A stretch of 29,987 nt of DNA from a virus (lineage: Duplodnaviria > Caudoviricetes): IMG/VR virus record IMGVR_UViG_3300049070_000354, positions 1 to 29,987 of that record, one strand, 5' to 3'. A program made the translations under genes and the position numbers. This document shows, in pieces, positions 1-9,900 of the stretch. The notes beneath the pieces are model-generated. The model did not search any database. It worked only from the letters and a program-made list of their open reading frames with translations, and had not been told where the DNA came from. Numbering within the stretch: position 1 is the stretch's first letter; the number at the start of each line of letters is the position of its first letter.

Positions 1-1170
1 ATCTTCGCCCGCCTGGGCCTCAGCCTGGCCGAGACCGACGTGCGGACCAAGGGCCTGTTCAACGTACTGCGGACCCTGCGCGACGCCGGCTTCACCACGG
101 CCGACGCCATGCAGGCGTTCGAGACGCGCTCGGCCGCCGCCTTCGCCGCCCTGACACGCAATCTGGAGAACGTCGAGGACCTCCGGCGCTCGATCATCAT
201 TACGTCGGCCGCGACCGAGGCGGCCGGCATCCAGATGGAGACGGTCCAGTCCCAGGCGACCCGGGCCGCCAACGCCTTCGGCGCCCTGGCGTTCGAGACG
301 TCTGGTCCGCTCCGTAACGCCTTGCGTATCAGCCTCAGCCTGCTGGCCGACTTCGGCAACGCCCTCCGCGTCCTCGAGCCGGTCATCACCTTGACGACCA
401 CCGCCCTCGTGGTTTTCGGCGGTGCATTTGTCTTCTCGCGGGTCGGCGCGCTGATCGCCAACCTGTCTCTGGTCCGGAACACTCTGGTCGGCCTCCGCGC
501 CGTGCTGCTCGCCACGGCCCTCAGCGCCACGACGGCGAGCGCCGGCCTCACCGGCTTCACCGCGGTTACCGTCGGCGCCACCGCTGCCGTGCGCTTCTTC
601 ACCGCTGCCCTCCTTGCCAATCCGGTCACGGCCGTCCTGGTCGGCCTCACCGTGCTGATCACGGCGATGGCGACCTTTGGCGACACGACCGGTGGCGCTT
701 CGCAGCGGATGGAGGAGCTCAATGCTCAGCTTGAGTCGATCCAGGGCGAGGTCGACCGCACCGAACAGAACATCCGCTCGGTCGATGAGGCGATCCAACA
801 TCTGACCGAGCGCACCATCGGCATGACGACCGCCGGTGAGGGCAACGCCGACATGCAGGATTCCCTGCAAACGGAATTGCTCGAGACACAGCAGCGGTTC
901 GCCGGTCTCGGTCTGCAAGTGCAGGCCGGCGAGCGTGACATTCGCTCCTACATCACTGGCCTTGTCGACCTGCGCACGCAGCTCCAGGCGACGCTGGCTC
1001 TGCAGCTCGAACTTGCACAGGAGCGCGATCAGGAACGCCTTGAGGAGCTGCGTCGCTCGCAAGAGCGCGAGTCCACTGAGTACGGCAACCGCGCCGCGTC
1101 CTTCCGGCAGGGCATCGGTGTGCGGCAGGGTGTTCCTGCGGCGCTCCGCCAGCGCATCATCAACTTCGAC
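1..1170 (+). CDS. Tail tape measure protein, N-terminal/middle part (5' truncated by window; frame continues as junk to 1341 after an apparent frameshift)
   Basis: Frame is open from base 1. Ala/Thr-rich helical protein with hydrophobic 'LLANPVTAVLVGLTVLITAM' segment and coiled coil, typical of TMPs. Becomes non-protein-like after ...IINFD at ~1170. Confidence 0.8.
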
Positions 1171-1171
1171 A

Positions 1172-3721
1172 CCGGCATTCGCGGCCGAAGCGACCGCTGG
1201 TCGTGCCGCGGTGAACGAGGCGATCCGGCAACTCGAAGCGCTGCAGGACACGCGTCGCCTGACGTTTGCACAAGCTCAAGCACTCGCTGCGCTGCGCGAA
1301 ATGCAGCGGAACTCGACCGAGTACGTTACTCAGGCCGCTGAAGTCTACGCGACCGAGGCGCGCGTCAATCAGCGTGCTGTCGACATCCGTCAGTCACTGA
1401 TCGAATCCAACGACAGCATCCGTCAGTCGACCATCGATCTCAACACGGCCTACGCGGAAACGCAGTCGACGATTACGTCGATCATCAACAACCAGGCACT
1501 GTCCGCGGACGAGAAGGCTGCTCAACTCGCGCAGGTCCAGAGCGAAGCACGCGCGCAGGCTTCACGCTTCCGCGCGCGGCTGGAACAGATCCGCCGCGAA
1601 CAGCTGCAGACTGGCGCCGCTGAACAGGAAGTCGACCGCGCCATCGCCGCCACGGACTTCGCGCAGATGGTGTCGCGTCTGGAGGCCGTTGCCGACAACA
1701 ATGTCGCCGGCCTCAGCCCCGACACGGCTACTGCCCTGCGTGGCAGTCTGCGTCGGCGCATCGAACTGCTGGAGCGTCGCCGTGGGAATGCGCGCACTGC
1801 GCGCAGCTCTGTCGAAGCGCAGATCGCGCTGATCGACGAGCAGGAGGCGCTCGAACGCCAACTCTATGAAGCCGAAAACGCGACCCAAACCGACACGGAA
1901 GACTTCCGTCAAGGTCTGCTCGACCTCGAGCAAAAGTTCGCCCTCATGCGCGAAGACGTCGCCACCCGGTCAGCGCAAGCTGCCGGCCGCGTCGTTGACC
2001 GAGTTGGTCGTCTGGCCGCCGAGTATGCACGGCAGGATGCGAACGAAGCGCGCAGAGCCGTCGACCGGCTGATTGACCGCGCAGAGAATGACACCTCCAC
2101 GCTCGAGGAGATCGAGCAATCGCGTGAAGCCTTCAGCGACGCGCTCGCTGAGTATCGCGACGCCGAGATCGCGCGGTTCATTGCTGAGTTTCGCGCCAGC
2201 CCGGCCGCCGACGAGCCCGGCGGCTTGGAGCTGTTCCAGCGCCGCTACTCCGAGTTCGTCGAGAATCTCGACGCGCAGCTCACTGAGACCGCGCGGACGT
2301 TCATCGACGCCTACACGGAGAAGCTTGACCGTATCGTTGAGCTGTCGGTGAACCTGGCCAACCGTCAGCCGCTTGGCCAGTCGCTCGATCAGATCCGCGC
2401 GGCTTACGCGCAGCAGAGTGATGCGGCCGAAGCCATCATCCGCAGCCTGCCTGGCAACCTGGCGCGTCAGGCCGCCGAGGTCGACGCAGATGTGTTCCGT
2501 GCGCGTGCCGAAGTCGAACGCAACTTCGTCGATGCTGTCGACCGCGCCACATCCGCCTTCTATGACGGAGTCACGCACTCGGCCGACCGGTTCGTGTCTC
2601 GCTTCGAGGCGGCGGCACGTTCCCTCGACAATCGCTTCAACCGCGGCCGAGTCACTGACATCGACCGTCGCATCGCCGGTGATCGAGTTTCCGAGGCGCG
2701 TGAATCGACGCTGCCCGGCATCGTCGAGGCCGCCCAGCAGCGCGAAGCGGCATTCCTTGACATCGTTACCAATCGCGCGCGTCTCGCTGAGGCGGCGATT
2801 CGCGATTACAACGAAGCGCTCGAACGCGCCGGCGGCAACGAACAGGACCCGGCGGTTCTCGCCGCGCTCGAGCGTAAGACCGAAGCCACAGAGCGTCTCG
2901 CGGAAGCTACGGCCGCCGCGGAAGCTGCCACCGATGATCTGACGCAGGCGCAGAACGAGCTTGTCGCTGCCACTGCCCAGCACGACCCGGCCTCGCTGGC
3001 AGATCAGTTCAAAGCCGCCACTCAGCAATGGCTTGAGAACTCTGGTGCTTTGCTCAGCGCATCGCAGCAGTTCTCCCAAGGCATCGGCAGCGTCTACTCG
3101 GCCACACGTGATGGCATGAAGGGTCTGATCAAGGACGTGGTGACCGGCACCAAGTCCATTGAAGATGCTTTCCGCGACATGGGTATCAGCATCCTGGAGT
3201 CGATGCTCGACCTGGCAGCCGAGATGCTGGCGAACGCGGCAATTAAGTGGATGCTGGAAACGCTGATGTCGACCTTCGGCGGCGGATATAGCACATCCTC
3301 GACTGGCACCCCGGTGCCCAAAGGCGCGTCCGGCGGTCTTGTTGGCGCAGCCGGTCTGATGACCGGATCCAGCACGATCTTGCGGCGGATGATCGGTGGT
3401 GGCGGCAACCCCAACCGCGACTCCATGCTCGCATTCGTCCAACCGGGCGAGTTCCTGATGCGACAGTCCGCGGTGAACTTCATTGGCGAGGATCGACTCG
3501 CCGCGCTCAACGCGATGGGGAATCGCCGGATTTCGTCCTCCGGACCTGTAGGTGCAATCGGCGCGGTCCCGCGCGATACGGTCAATGTGTACGTCGTGTC
3601 GCCAGATCAGAAGCCGGCTTCGCTGAGCAAGAAGGACGTTCTCGTCATCGTCTCCGAAGACATGGCGACGGGTGGCCAGACCAAGAAACTCGTCAAGGCT
3701 ATTCAGACGGGTCAAGTCTAA
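1172..3721 (+). CDS. Tail tape measure protein, C-terminal part (+1 frame relative to 5' part)
   Basis: Long coiled-coil A/E/R/Q-rich sequence starting at ...PAFAAEA. Lambda-type TMP C-terminal motif 'GGLV...DSMLAFVQPGEFLMRQSAVNFIG..L.ALN'. Stop overlaps the next start (TAATG). Confidence 0.85.
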   Translation, partial: PAFAAEATAGRAAVNEAIRQLEALQDTRRLTFAQAQALAALREMQRNSTEYVTQAAEVYATEARVNQRAVDIRQSLIESNDSIRQSTIDLNTAYAETQSTITSIINNQALSADEKAAQLAQVQSEARAQASRFRARLEQIRREQLQTGAAEQEVDRAIAATDFAQMVSRLEAVADNNVAGLSPDTATALRGSLRRRIELLERRRGNARTARSSVEAQIALIDEQEALERQLYEAENATQTDTEDFRQGLLDLEQKFALMREDVATRSAQAAGRVVDRVGRLAAEYARQDANEARRAVDRLIDRAENDTSTLEEIEQSREAFSDALAEYRDAEIARFIAEFRASPAADEPGGLELFQRRYSEFVENLDAQLTETARTFIDAYTEKLDRIVELSVNLANRQPLGQSLDQIRAAYAQQSDAAEAIIRSLPGNLARQAAEVDADVFRARAEVERNFVDAVDRATSAFYDGVTHSADRFVSRFEAAARSLDNRFNRGRVTDIDRRIAGDRVSEARESTLPGIVEAAQQREAAFLDIVTNRARLAEAAIRDYNEALERAGGNEQDPAVLAALERKTEATERLAEATAAAEAATDDLTQAQNELVAATAQHDPASLADQFKAATQQWLENSGALLSASQQFSQGIGSVYSATRDGMKGLIKDVVTGTKSIEDAFRDMGISILESMLDLAAEMLANAAIKWMLETLMSTFGGGYSTSSTGTPVPKGASGGLVGAAGLMTGSSTILRRMIGGGGNPNRDSMLAFVQPGEFLMRQSAVNFIGEDRLAALNAMGNRRISSSGPVGAIGAVPRDTVNVYVVSPDQKPASLSKKDVLVIVSEDMATGGQTKKLVKAIQTGQV

Positions 3722-4116
3722 TGTCGCTAGCCAACTTTGACTTCCCCAACCACACGGTGAACCACAAGTACCCTGAGCGTCCTCAGATGACGTTCGGCGG
3801 TGGATACACGTTCACTGCAACGCCGCCCAATCCGGTGCAACGCTCCTTCACCCTGCACTTCGAGGGTGGTTTGCGTTGGGTCCAGAATGCAAATGGAGTC
3901 GGGTTCTCGAACAGCGAGGACTCGGAGAACAACGCGCTGCGATTCGATCAATTCTATGCGGCGCACGAGATGCACAAGGCGTTCAACTACCCGCACGACG
4001 TCTACGGCACCTTGGTCGTTCGCTTCAAGCAACCGTTTCAGATGCCGAAGTCTGTCAAGGGCGGCAGCGGCTGGACCGAGTCGTTCTCGATTGACCTGGT
4101 CGAGGACCTGGAATGA
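3721..4116 (+). CDS. Distal tail / minor tail protein (lambda gpM-like)
   Basis: 131 aa directly after TMP; 'FGGGY' and 'FYAAH...KAF.Y' pattern; translationally coupled on both sides. Confidence 0.7.
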   Translation: MSLANFDFPNHTVNHKYPERPQMTFGGGYTFTATPPNPVQRSFTLHFEGGLRWVQNANGVGFSNSEDSENNALRFDQFYAAHEMHKAFNYPHDVYGTLVVRFKQPFQMPKSVKGGSGWTESFSIDLVEDLE

Positions 4117-4604
4117 CGATCCCGGTCGAACATCTCGACGAGGCACAGAAGCTCGAAGCTATCGGCATCGCGTCTCTGTACGAAGTCGAACTCAACACGG
4201 AATCCCCGGCATTCGTGCGATTTCGCTCTGGTCCAAGCGTGACGTGGCAGGGCAAATTGTTCGAGAAGATGGGGTGCATCCTCGGCCAGGATTCCAACAG
4301 CGCCGATGAGCAAGTCGCGCGGCCGCAACTGACGATCCAGAACCCGGACAACATCTGGGGTCCGTTCGTCGACCAAGGAATCACTGACTTGGCCATCGTC
4401 CGCCGATTTCGAGTGATGCACACACATCTGGCTGCCGACGTGAACATCTTCGCGCGCAAGATCTGGCTGATCGGCCGCTGCGTCTCGCTCAATGCCAGCG
4501 TCGCCGTGTTCGAGCTTCGCTCCCCTCTCGACACGCCGAACTTCATGACACCGGCGCGCCGCTACACAGCCGAAGAGTTTCCATTCGTGACGTATGGCGT
4601 CTGA
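4113..4604 (+). CDS. Minor tail protein (lambda gpL-like, short)
   Basis: 'LYEVEL...VTWQGK.F...RPQLTI.N...FELRSPLD...PARRY' pattern and position after the distal tail gene. Confidence 0.7.
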   Translation: MTIPVEHLDEAQKLEAIGIASLYEVELNTESPAFVRFRSGPSVTWQGKLFEKMGCILGQDSNSADEQVARPQLTIQNPDNIWGPFVDQGITDLAIVRRFRVMHTHLAADVNIFARKIWLIGRCVSLNASVAVFELRSPLDTPNFMTPARRYTAEEFPFVTYGV

Positions 4605-5119
4605 TGCTTGAGTATCGCCACCTGCTGGGTCGCACCTACGACCACAATGAGCGGAACTGCTACTCGCTCGTACGCGATTTCATGAACGATAACTTCGGTC
4701 TGGGTATGGCCAACTATGCTCATCCGGTTGGCTGGATGAAGGCCGAACTGAACCTGTTCAAGATCTACGCTGAAATTGAGGGCTTCAAGCCGACTGACGA
4801 TCACTGGCGCGATCTACGTCCGGGTGACCTTGCCTTGATGTCGATCAGCGGATCGCGTTGGGCTGATCACATGGGCGTGCTGCTGCCAGGCAATAAGATC
4901 CTGCACCACGTGATCAACAATCTCAGCCAGGTCAATCCTTATCGGATGATGTGGCGTAACACTACTCTTGCCGTCCTTCGACATTCAAAAGTCCCGGACG
5001 TTCGCCTCTCCACCACAACCTCCGACATCAAGGATCACCTGCTTCCCCATGTCCGACGCGCTCTTGAACGACGACTCGCTGAAGCAAGCTCTGCGGAAAC
5101 TGTACGTTCCGACGGGTGA
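4604..5119 (+). CDS. NlpC/P60 tail-tip peptidase (gpK C-terminal-like)
   Basis: 'NCYSLVRDF...RPGDL...DHMGV...ILHH' gives an intact Cys-His-His triad. Confidence 0.85.
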   Translation: MLEYRHLLGRTYDHNERNCYSLVRDFMNDNFGLGMANYAHPVGWMKAELNLFKIYAEIEGFKPTDDHWRDLRPGDLALMSISGSRWADHMGVLLPGNKILHHVINNLSQVNPYRMMWRNTTLAVLRHSKVPDVRLSTTTSDIKDHLLPHVRRALERRLAEASSAETVRSDG

Positions 5120-5408
5120 GCGTTGCGGCTTCGTGCTCAAGGACGGGTCCGTCGTTGAGTGTCGCAATGTCAGCGAAGACCCCAGCAAGGATGTGTTTGT
5201 CGCACATCCCGACGACATCGAACGCTACTGCGATGACGTAGCTGCGACCTGGCACACGCATCCGGCGACGAGCAAGCATGACGCCACTCTCTCGGCCGAT
5301 GACTGGTCGATGTTTGTCCAGTGGCCGGAAGACGTCGTTCACTTCATCGTCGGCGCCATGACCATCCGCGGCTATCGGGTTCGGAAAGGCGCGGTGATCG
5401 ACTCATGA
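5049..5408 (+). CDS. JAB/MPN (JAMM) domain tail assembly protein (gpK N-terminal-like)
   Basis: 'ERCGFV...WHTHP...LSADD' is the JAMM motif E-x-HxH-x-S-x2-D. Confidence 0.85.
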   Translation: MSDALLNDDSLKQALRKLYVPTGERCGFVLKDGSVVECRNVSEDPSKDVFVAHPDDIERYCDDVAATWHTHPATSKHDATLSADDWSMFVQWPEDVVHFIVGAMTIRGYRVRKGAVIDS

Positions 5409-5953
5409 AACGCGTCAAGGTCCTTCTGTGTGGTCCGCTGAAGAAGCTCTGCCCCGATGGCATTGAAGTCGTGGCCGCGACGGCCGCGCGCGCAATCGAG
5501 ATCGCGACGCGTCAGATCAAAGGCCTGCGCCCACATCCTCGCACCGGCCCGAAGCGCCTAGCCGTAGTCGGCCACCCGAACGTGGAAGACCTGGTGAAAC
5601 CGCTGCAGGTCGACGAACTCAAACTCGTGCCGGCGTTCTGCGGCCAAGGTGACGAAGTTGGACAGATCGTCCAAGTTGTCGTCGGCATCGTGCTCATTGT
5701 TGTTGGCGTGATCTACCAACAAGGGTGGCTCGTCATGCAGGGTCTCGCCCTCGTCATCGGTGGCGCGCTGGCGATGCTCGTGCCGGCTCCGAATCTCGAT
5801 GTCGACAACGAGCGTGAGACTCGAAGCAAGTACCTCGGTGAACCTGAAAACACCGTCCAACTTGGTACCCCCATCCCGGTGGGGTGGGGCATGTGCATGG
5901 TCGGCGGTCACTTCCTCTCCTTCGATATGAAGGCCACAGACACAGGCATATAA
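5405..5953 (+). CDS. Tail assembly protein (lambda gpI-like)
   Basis: Ubiquitin-like N-terminus, hydrophobic Gly-rich middle and 'NTVQLGTPIPVGWG...VGGH' C-terminal motif. Confidence 0.85.
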   Translation: MKRVKVLLCGPLKKLCPDGIEVVAATAARAIEIATRQIKGLRPHPRTGPKRLAVVGHPNVEDLVKPLQVDELKLVPAFCGQGDEVGQIVQVVVGIVLIVVGVIYQQGWLVMQGLALVIGGALAMLVPAPNLDVDNERETRSKYLGEPENTVQLGTPIPVGWGMCMVGGHFLSFDMKATDTGI

Positions 5954-6981
5954 TGGCCGCTCATCGCGTACCAGTTTCCGACTCCGCCATCCGAGACGCC
6001 CTCAAGAAGGCAGGCTCACAACGTGGCGCCGAACGGCTGTTGCGTGGTGAAGGCAAGGTCGTCTCTGCACGCACCATCAAGCGCGTGATCGAGCGTGATG
6101 CCGCCGGCGAAAGCGACTTCGTCATCGACTCACTGCCCTCCGACCTCCCCTCATTCGATGAGCTCCTTGCTGAGCGCGTCAAGAAGTACGATGCGAAGGC
6201 CGCACACTACGAGGCGACACGGACCTTCAACGTTTACTGCAAGATCAAGGGCCCTATCGGCATCGGCTTCTTCGGTGATTGGCACGTCGACGATGACGGC
6301 ACCGATCTCGATCTGCTCGTGAAGCACGCTGAGCTCTTCGACGGTCGCAACAAAGGCCTCTACGGCGCCTTCATCGGCGATGCTCGCAACAACTGGCAAG
6401 GTCGCCTTGCACGCCTGTGGGCGGATCAATCTACGTCGGCCGCTGAGTCACGCGTGCTGCTGACCGGCATCGTGAAGATGGTCAACTGGCTGCTCTTCCT
6501 GAAGGGCAACCACGACGTCTGGTCCGGACACGACGATCTGCTCGACTGGCTGCTCCAAGGTCACGCCGTCGTTACGCGCCCGTGGCGCGCGATCTTCCAC
6601 CTCAAGTTCCCGAACGGCCGCGTCGTCCGCATCTATGCGTCGCATGACTTCAAGGGCCGCTCGATGTGGAACAATGCCTACGGCCCGGCGCGCAAAGCGC
6701 AACTGCACGGCGACGCCGACATCTACATCTGCGGTCACTTGCACACATCAGGCTATCAGCACGGCTATCGTCCGAACGGTGACATGTGGCACGCGGTACG
6801 CATCGACAGCTACAAGCGCATCGATGACTATGTCGAGGAGCTCGATATTGAGCCGACGAATGGCTACGCCTGCCCCGTCGCCTTGGTCGACCCCGACGCC
6901 GACAAATCCGAAAACTTTATCCGCTGGGAGTGGGATCCGTTTGAAGCGGCTGCACGCCTGGCATGGATGCGAACACGATGA
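5953..6981 (+). CDS. Calcineurin-like metallophosphoesterase with N-terminal HTH-like region
   Basis: Motifs GDWH, GD, GNHD, SHD, GHLH. Coupled to neighbours by TAATG and ATGA overlaps. Confidence 0.85.
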   Translation: MAAHRVPVSDSAIRDALKKAGSQRGAERLLRGEGKVVSARTIKRVIERDAAGESDFVIDSLPSDLPSFDELLAERVKKYDAKAAHYEATRTFNVYCKIKGPIGIGFFGDWHVDDDGTDLDLLVKHAELFDGRNKGLYGAFIGDARNNWQGRLARLWADQSTSAAESRVLLTGIVKMVNWLLFLKGNHDVWSGHDDLLDWLLQGHAVVTRPWRAIFHLKFPNGRVVRIYASHDFKGRSMWNNAYGPARKAQLHGDADIYICGHLHTSGYQHGYRPNGDMWHAVRIDSYKRIDDYVEELDIEPTNGYACPVALVDPDADKSENFIRWEWDPFEAAARLAWMRTR

Positions 6982-9900
6982 CGAAGCCAGTATTCAAGGG
7001 TCGCGGCGGCGGCAGCGGTGATGACGACAAGGCCACGCGCACTCCAGATTCGCTGCACTCCACCGACACGTTCGAGGTCCTTCTCGGCCTTGGCGAAGGT
7101 CCTTGGTATGGCTTGGCGGAAGGACTCCAGTCCTTCTACTTCGACGACACACCCCTCGTCGACAACGACAACAACGTGAATTTCGAAGGCGTCGAAGTCC
7201 AGATCTATCCAGGTTCGGATCTGGGCGAGGCCATCAATCTGCGCCTCGGCGGTGCAGCAAGCTCCAATAGCGTCGGCGTGTCGCTTGCTTCCGGTGTCAC
7301 TGTCACACGCACTGGCACGCAAACGAACATCGACTACATCGACGTTCGCCTCGTCATCAACCAGCTGCTCAAGACCACTGATAAGGGCACCTTCAAGGAA
7401 GAGCTCGAGTTCTTCATCGAGTACAAGGCTGAATCCGACCTCGAGTGGTCGAAGGCGTTCGACGGCGAAATCATCGACCCGATGCTGGAACAGCAGGCCG
7501 CGTATACGGCGACCGGCGGCGGCGTCACTTTTGCGTTCACAGGTTTTCAAGCGGGCTTTCGCCGTATCACATTCGATGGCGACCGGAAGATCTACTGGCA
7601 GAGCAACACGCCACTTGGTGAAAAGGAAGTCGGCGATCTCTGGTTCGTCAGCACCAACAACATCACACCGAGCCTCATCAATCTGAAGCGTTGGGATGGA
7701 GACTCGTGGGAGGATCTCGCCTATGATCCCTTCACCTATTACGACGTCATCCTCGACACGGACATCACAACGAACATCCAGTTCGAGGACCCGGACTACT
7801 TTCCCAATCCAACGCGCACCGTGTGGTTTGGCCGCCCTGGAGACCCTGCGCCCGCCCCTGATCCAGAGGGCTGGTATGATCCGCCGCGCGCCGGCGACAT
7901 CTGGTTGAGCACCTCTCAGTTCGCTCCGTTCGCCTACAACAACTACAACTGGATGGAAGGTGCGTTCAACCGCGCCGATACCACGGAGGTTGGCACCGAC
8001 GGCCACATCAAGTTCACTGAGAAGACGACCTCGCCGACCGTGAAGGAATATCGTTTTCCGGTCGAACAGATCAACGAACCATACATGGTTCGCGTGACGA
8101 AGATCTCTCCTGACAGCACGACGGAGAGCATCCGAGAGATTGCATGGGAGAGCTGGCAAGAGGTTCAGGCCCGCACCTTCACATTCCCTGGCACGGCTGC
8201 TGTCCGCGTCCTTGGTAAGGCCTCCGACCAATTGGGTCGGATGCCTGTCTTCCGCGGCGTGTGGAAGATGCGTTTGGTCAAGGTCCCATCAAACTATGAT
8301 CCGACCACGCGAACCTACGACGGCACCTGGGATGGTCTCTGGCAGGTCGCTTGGTCTGACAATCCCGCCTACGTCTTCAAGGACTTTGTCGAGAATGAGC
8401 GCTTCGGTCTGTCGAAGATCGCGCCGCACACCTGCGTCGACTCCGAGATCTATGAGTGGGGCGTGTGGTGCGATGACATCATGGCGGATGGCACACCGCG
8501 CTTCACGTTCAATGACTATATCCGTGATACGCGCAGCGCCAAGGAGCTCGCACAATACATCGCGGGCAGCGCGGCGGCCAAGTACGTCGACGATGGTGAC
8601 GGCAACGTGTTCGTTCTCGTCGACCGTAGCGACGAAGATCCCGTCTGCCTGTTCACGAAGGAGAACATCGAAGGCCTCTTCAACTACTCCTACACCGATA
8701 CACAGACTCGCGCGAACGAACTCACTGTTTCGTTCATCAATCCTGATCTGGGATGGAAGCCTGACTTCCGCCTGGTGCAGGACCTCACTCACCAGGATCG
8801 TTATGGCGCGATTCCGCTGCCATTCGTGGCAGTGGGCTGCAAGAATGTGAAGGAAGCGATCCGGCGCGCCGTGTATCGCATGGTGTCCGGCATCAAGGAA
8901 ACGACGATTGTCTCGTTCCGCACGAACCGAAAGGGTCTCTATTGCCGGCCCTACAATGTGATCCTGGTCGGCGACTCCCAAATGGGATGGGGCCTGACTG
9001 GCCGTATCAAGGAACGTGTCAGCGATACGCAAATCCTGCTGCGCGATCCGGTGACGCTCGAAGTCGGTGAGTCGTATGAGGCCGTGTTCGACATTGTGAA
9101 TCCGGACTATCCGGACACTTCGCAAGATCCCTTCATCACGGTGACGGTGCCTATCACCACCGCCGAAGGCACACACACAACACTCGACTTCGGCGATGAT
9201 TTGCCGGAGCTGCCCGATAAGGCTGTGTTCGTTATCCAGGGTGACGGTGACACCGGCACTGCACGGCCGTTTCGCATCCTGCGAATCGACGAAGTCGAGG
9301 ATGACCCGGACAAGGTCGACATCGCCGCGCTCAGCGTCTACCGCAACAAGTGGGTCGACATCGAAGCCTACGGTGAACCTGGCCCGGGCGATTCCACGAC
9401 GCTACCGGCGGATGGCCGCCCGGACCCGCCCACCAACATCAAGGTCACGGAGAGCTTCCGGCGCGAAGGCGATCAGGAAGTGCGAGTGGCGATGGTCAGC
9501 TGGGAGAAGTCGACCACCCCTGGCGTGGCCAAGCATAACATCTACCTCAAGCTCAATGAGTCACCGCGTGTGCTTGTGGCTTCAGGGTCTGCGAACTTCT
9601 ACGAAGAGATCGACCTCAAGTTCCAGCACTATCAATGGCAAGTCACTGCCGTGAACTTCACGGGCAAGGAATCCGACCCGGCGACTGTCGAACTGGACTA
9701 CACGCACCTGCGCCCGGTCCTTGCGGTCAGCCACTATTTCGTGAAGCACGTCAATCCTCTGACTGGCCACAACGACCAGGATTTCTTCCCGAAGTCCGCG
9801 GGCAATGGCGGCTACATCGAAAGCGAACCGGTGCATGTGTTCGGCACCGACTTCGAGCTCTCGTGGGTTGACTATCCAGAGTCCGACCGCCCCGACGGCT

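Noticed and set aside
836-1170. N-terminal 110 aa of the 961-aa ORF
   Set aside because: Off-frame Arg/Ser/Cys-rich translation overlapping the real frame-1 TMP sequence.
1970-3715. 581-aa antisense ORF opposite the tape measure gene
   Set aside because: Shadow ORF expected from high-GC codon bias; no recognisable motifs.
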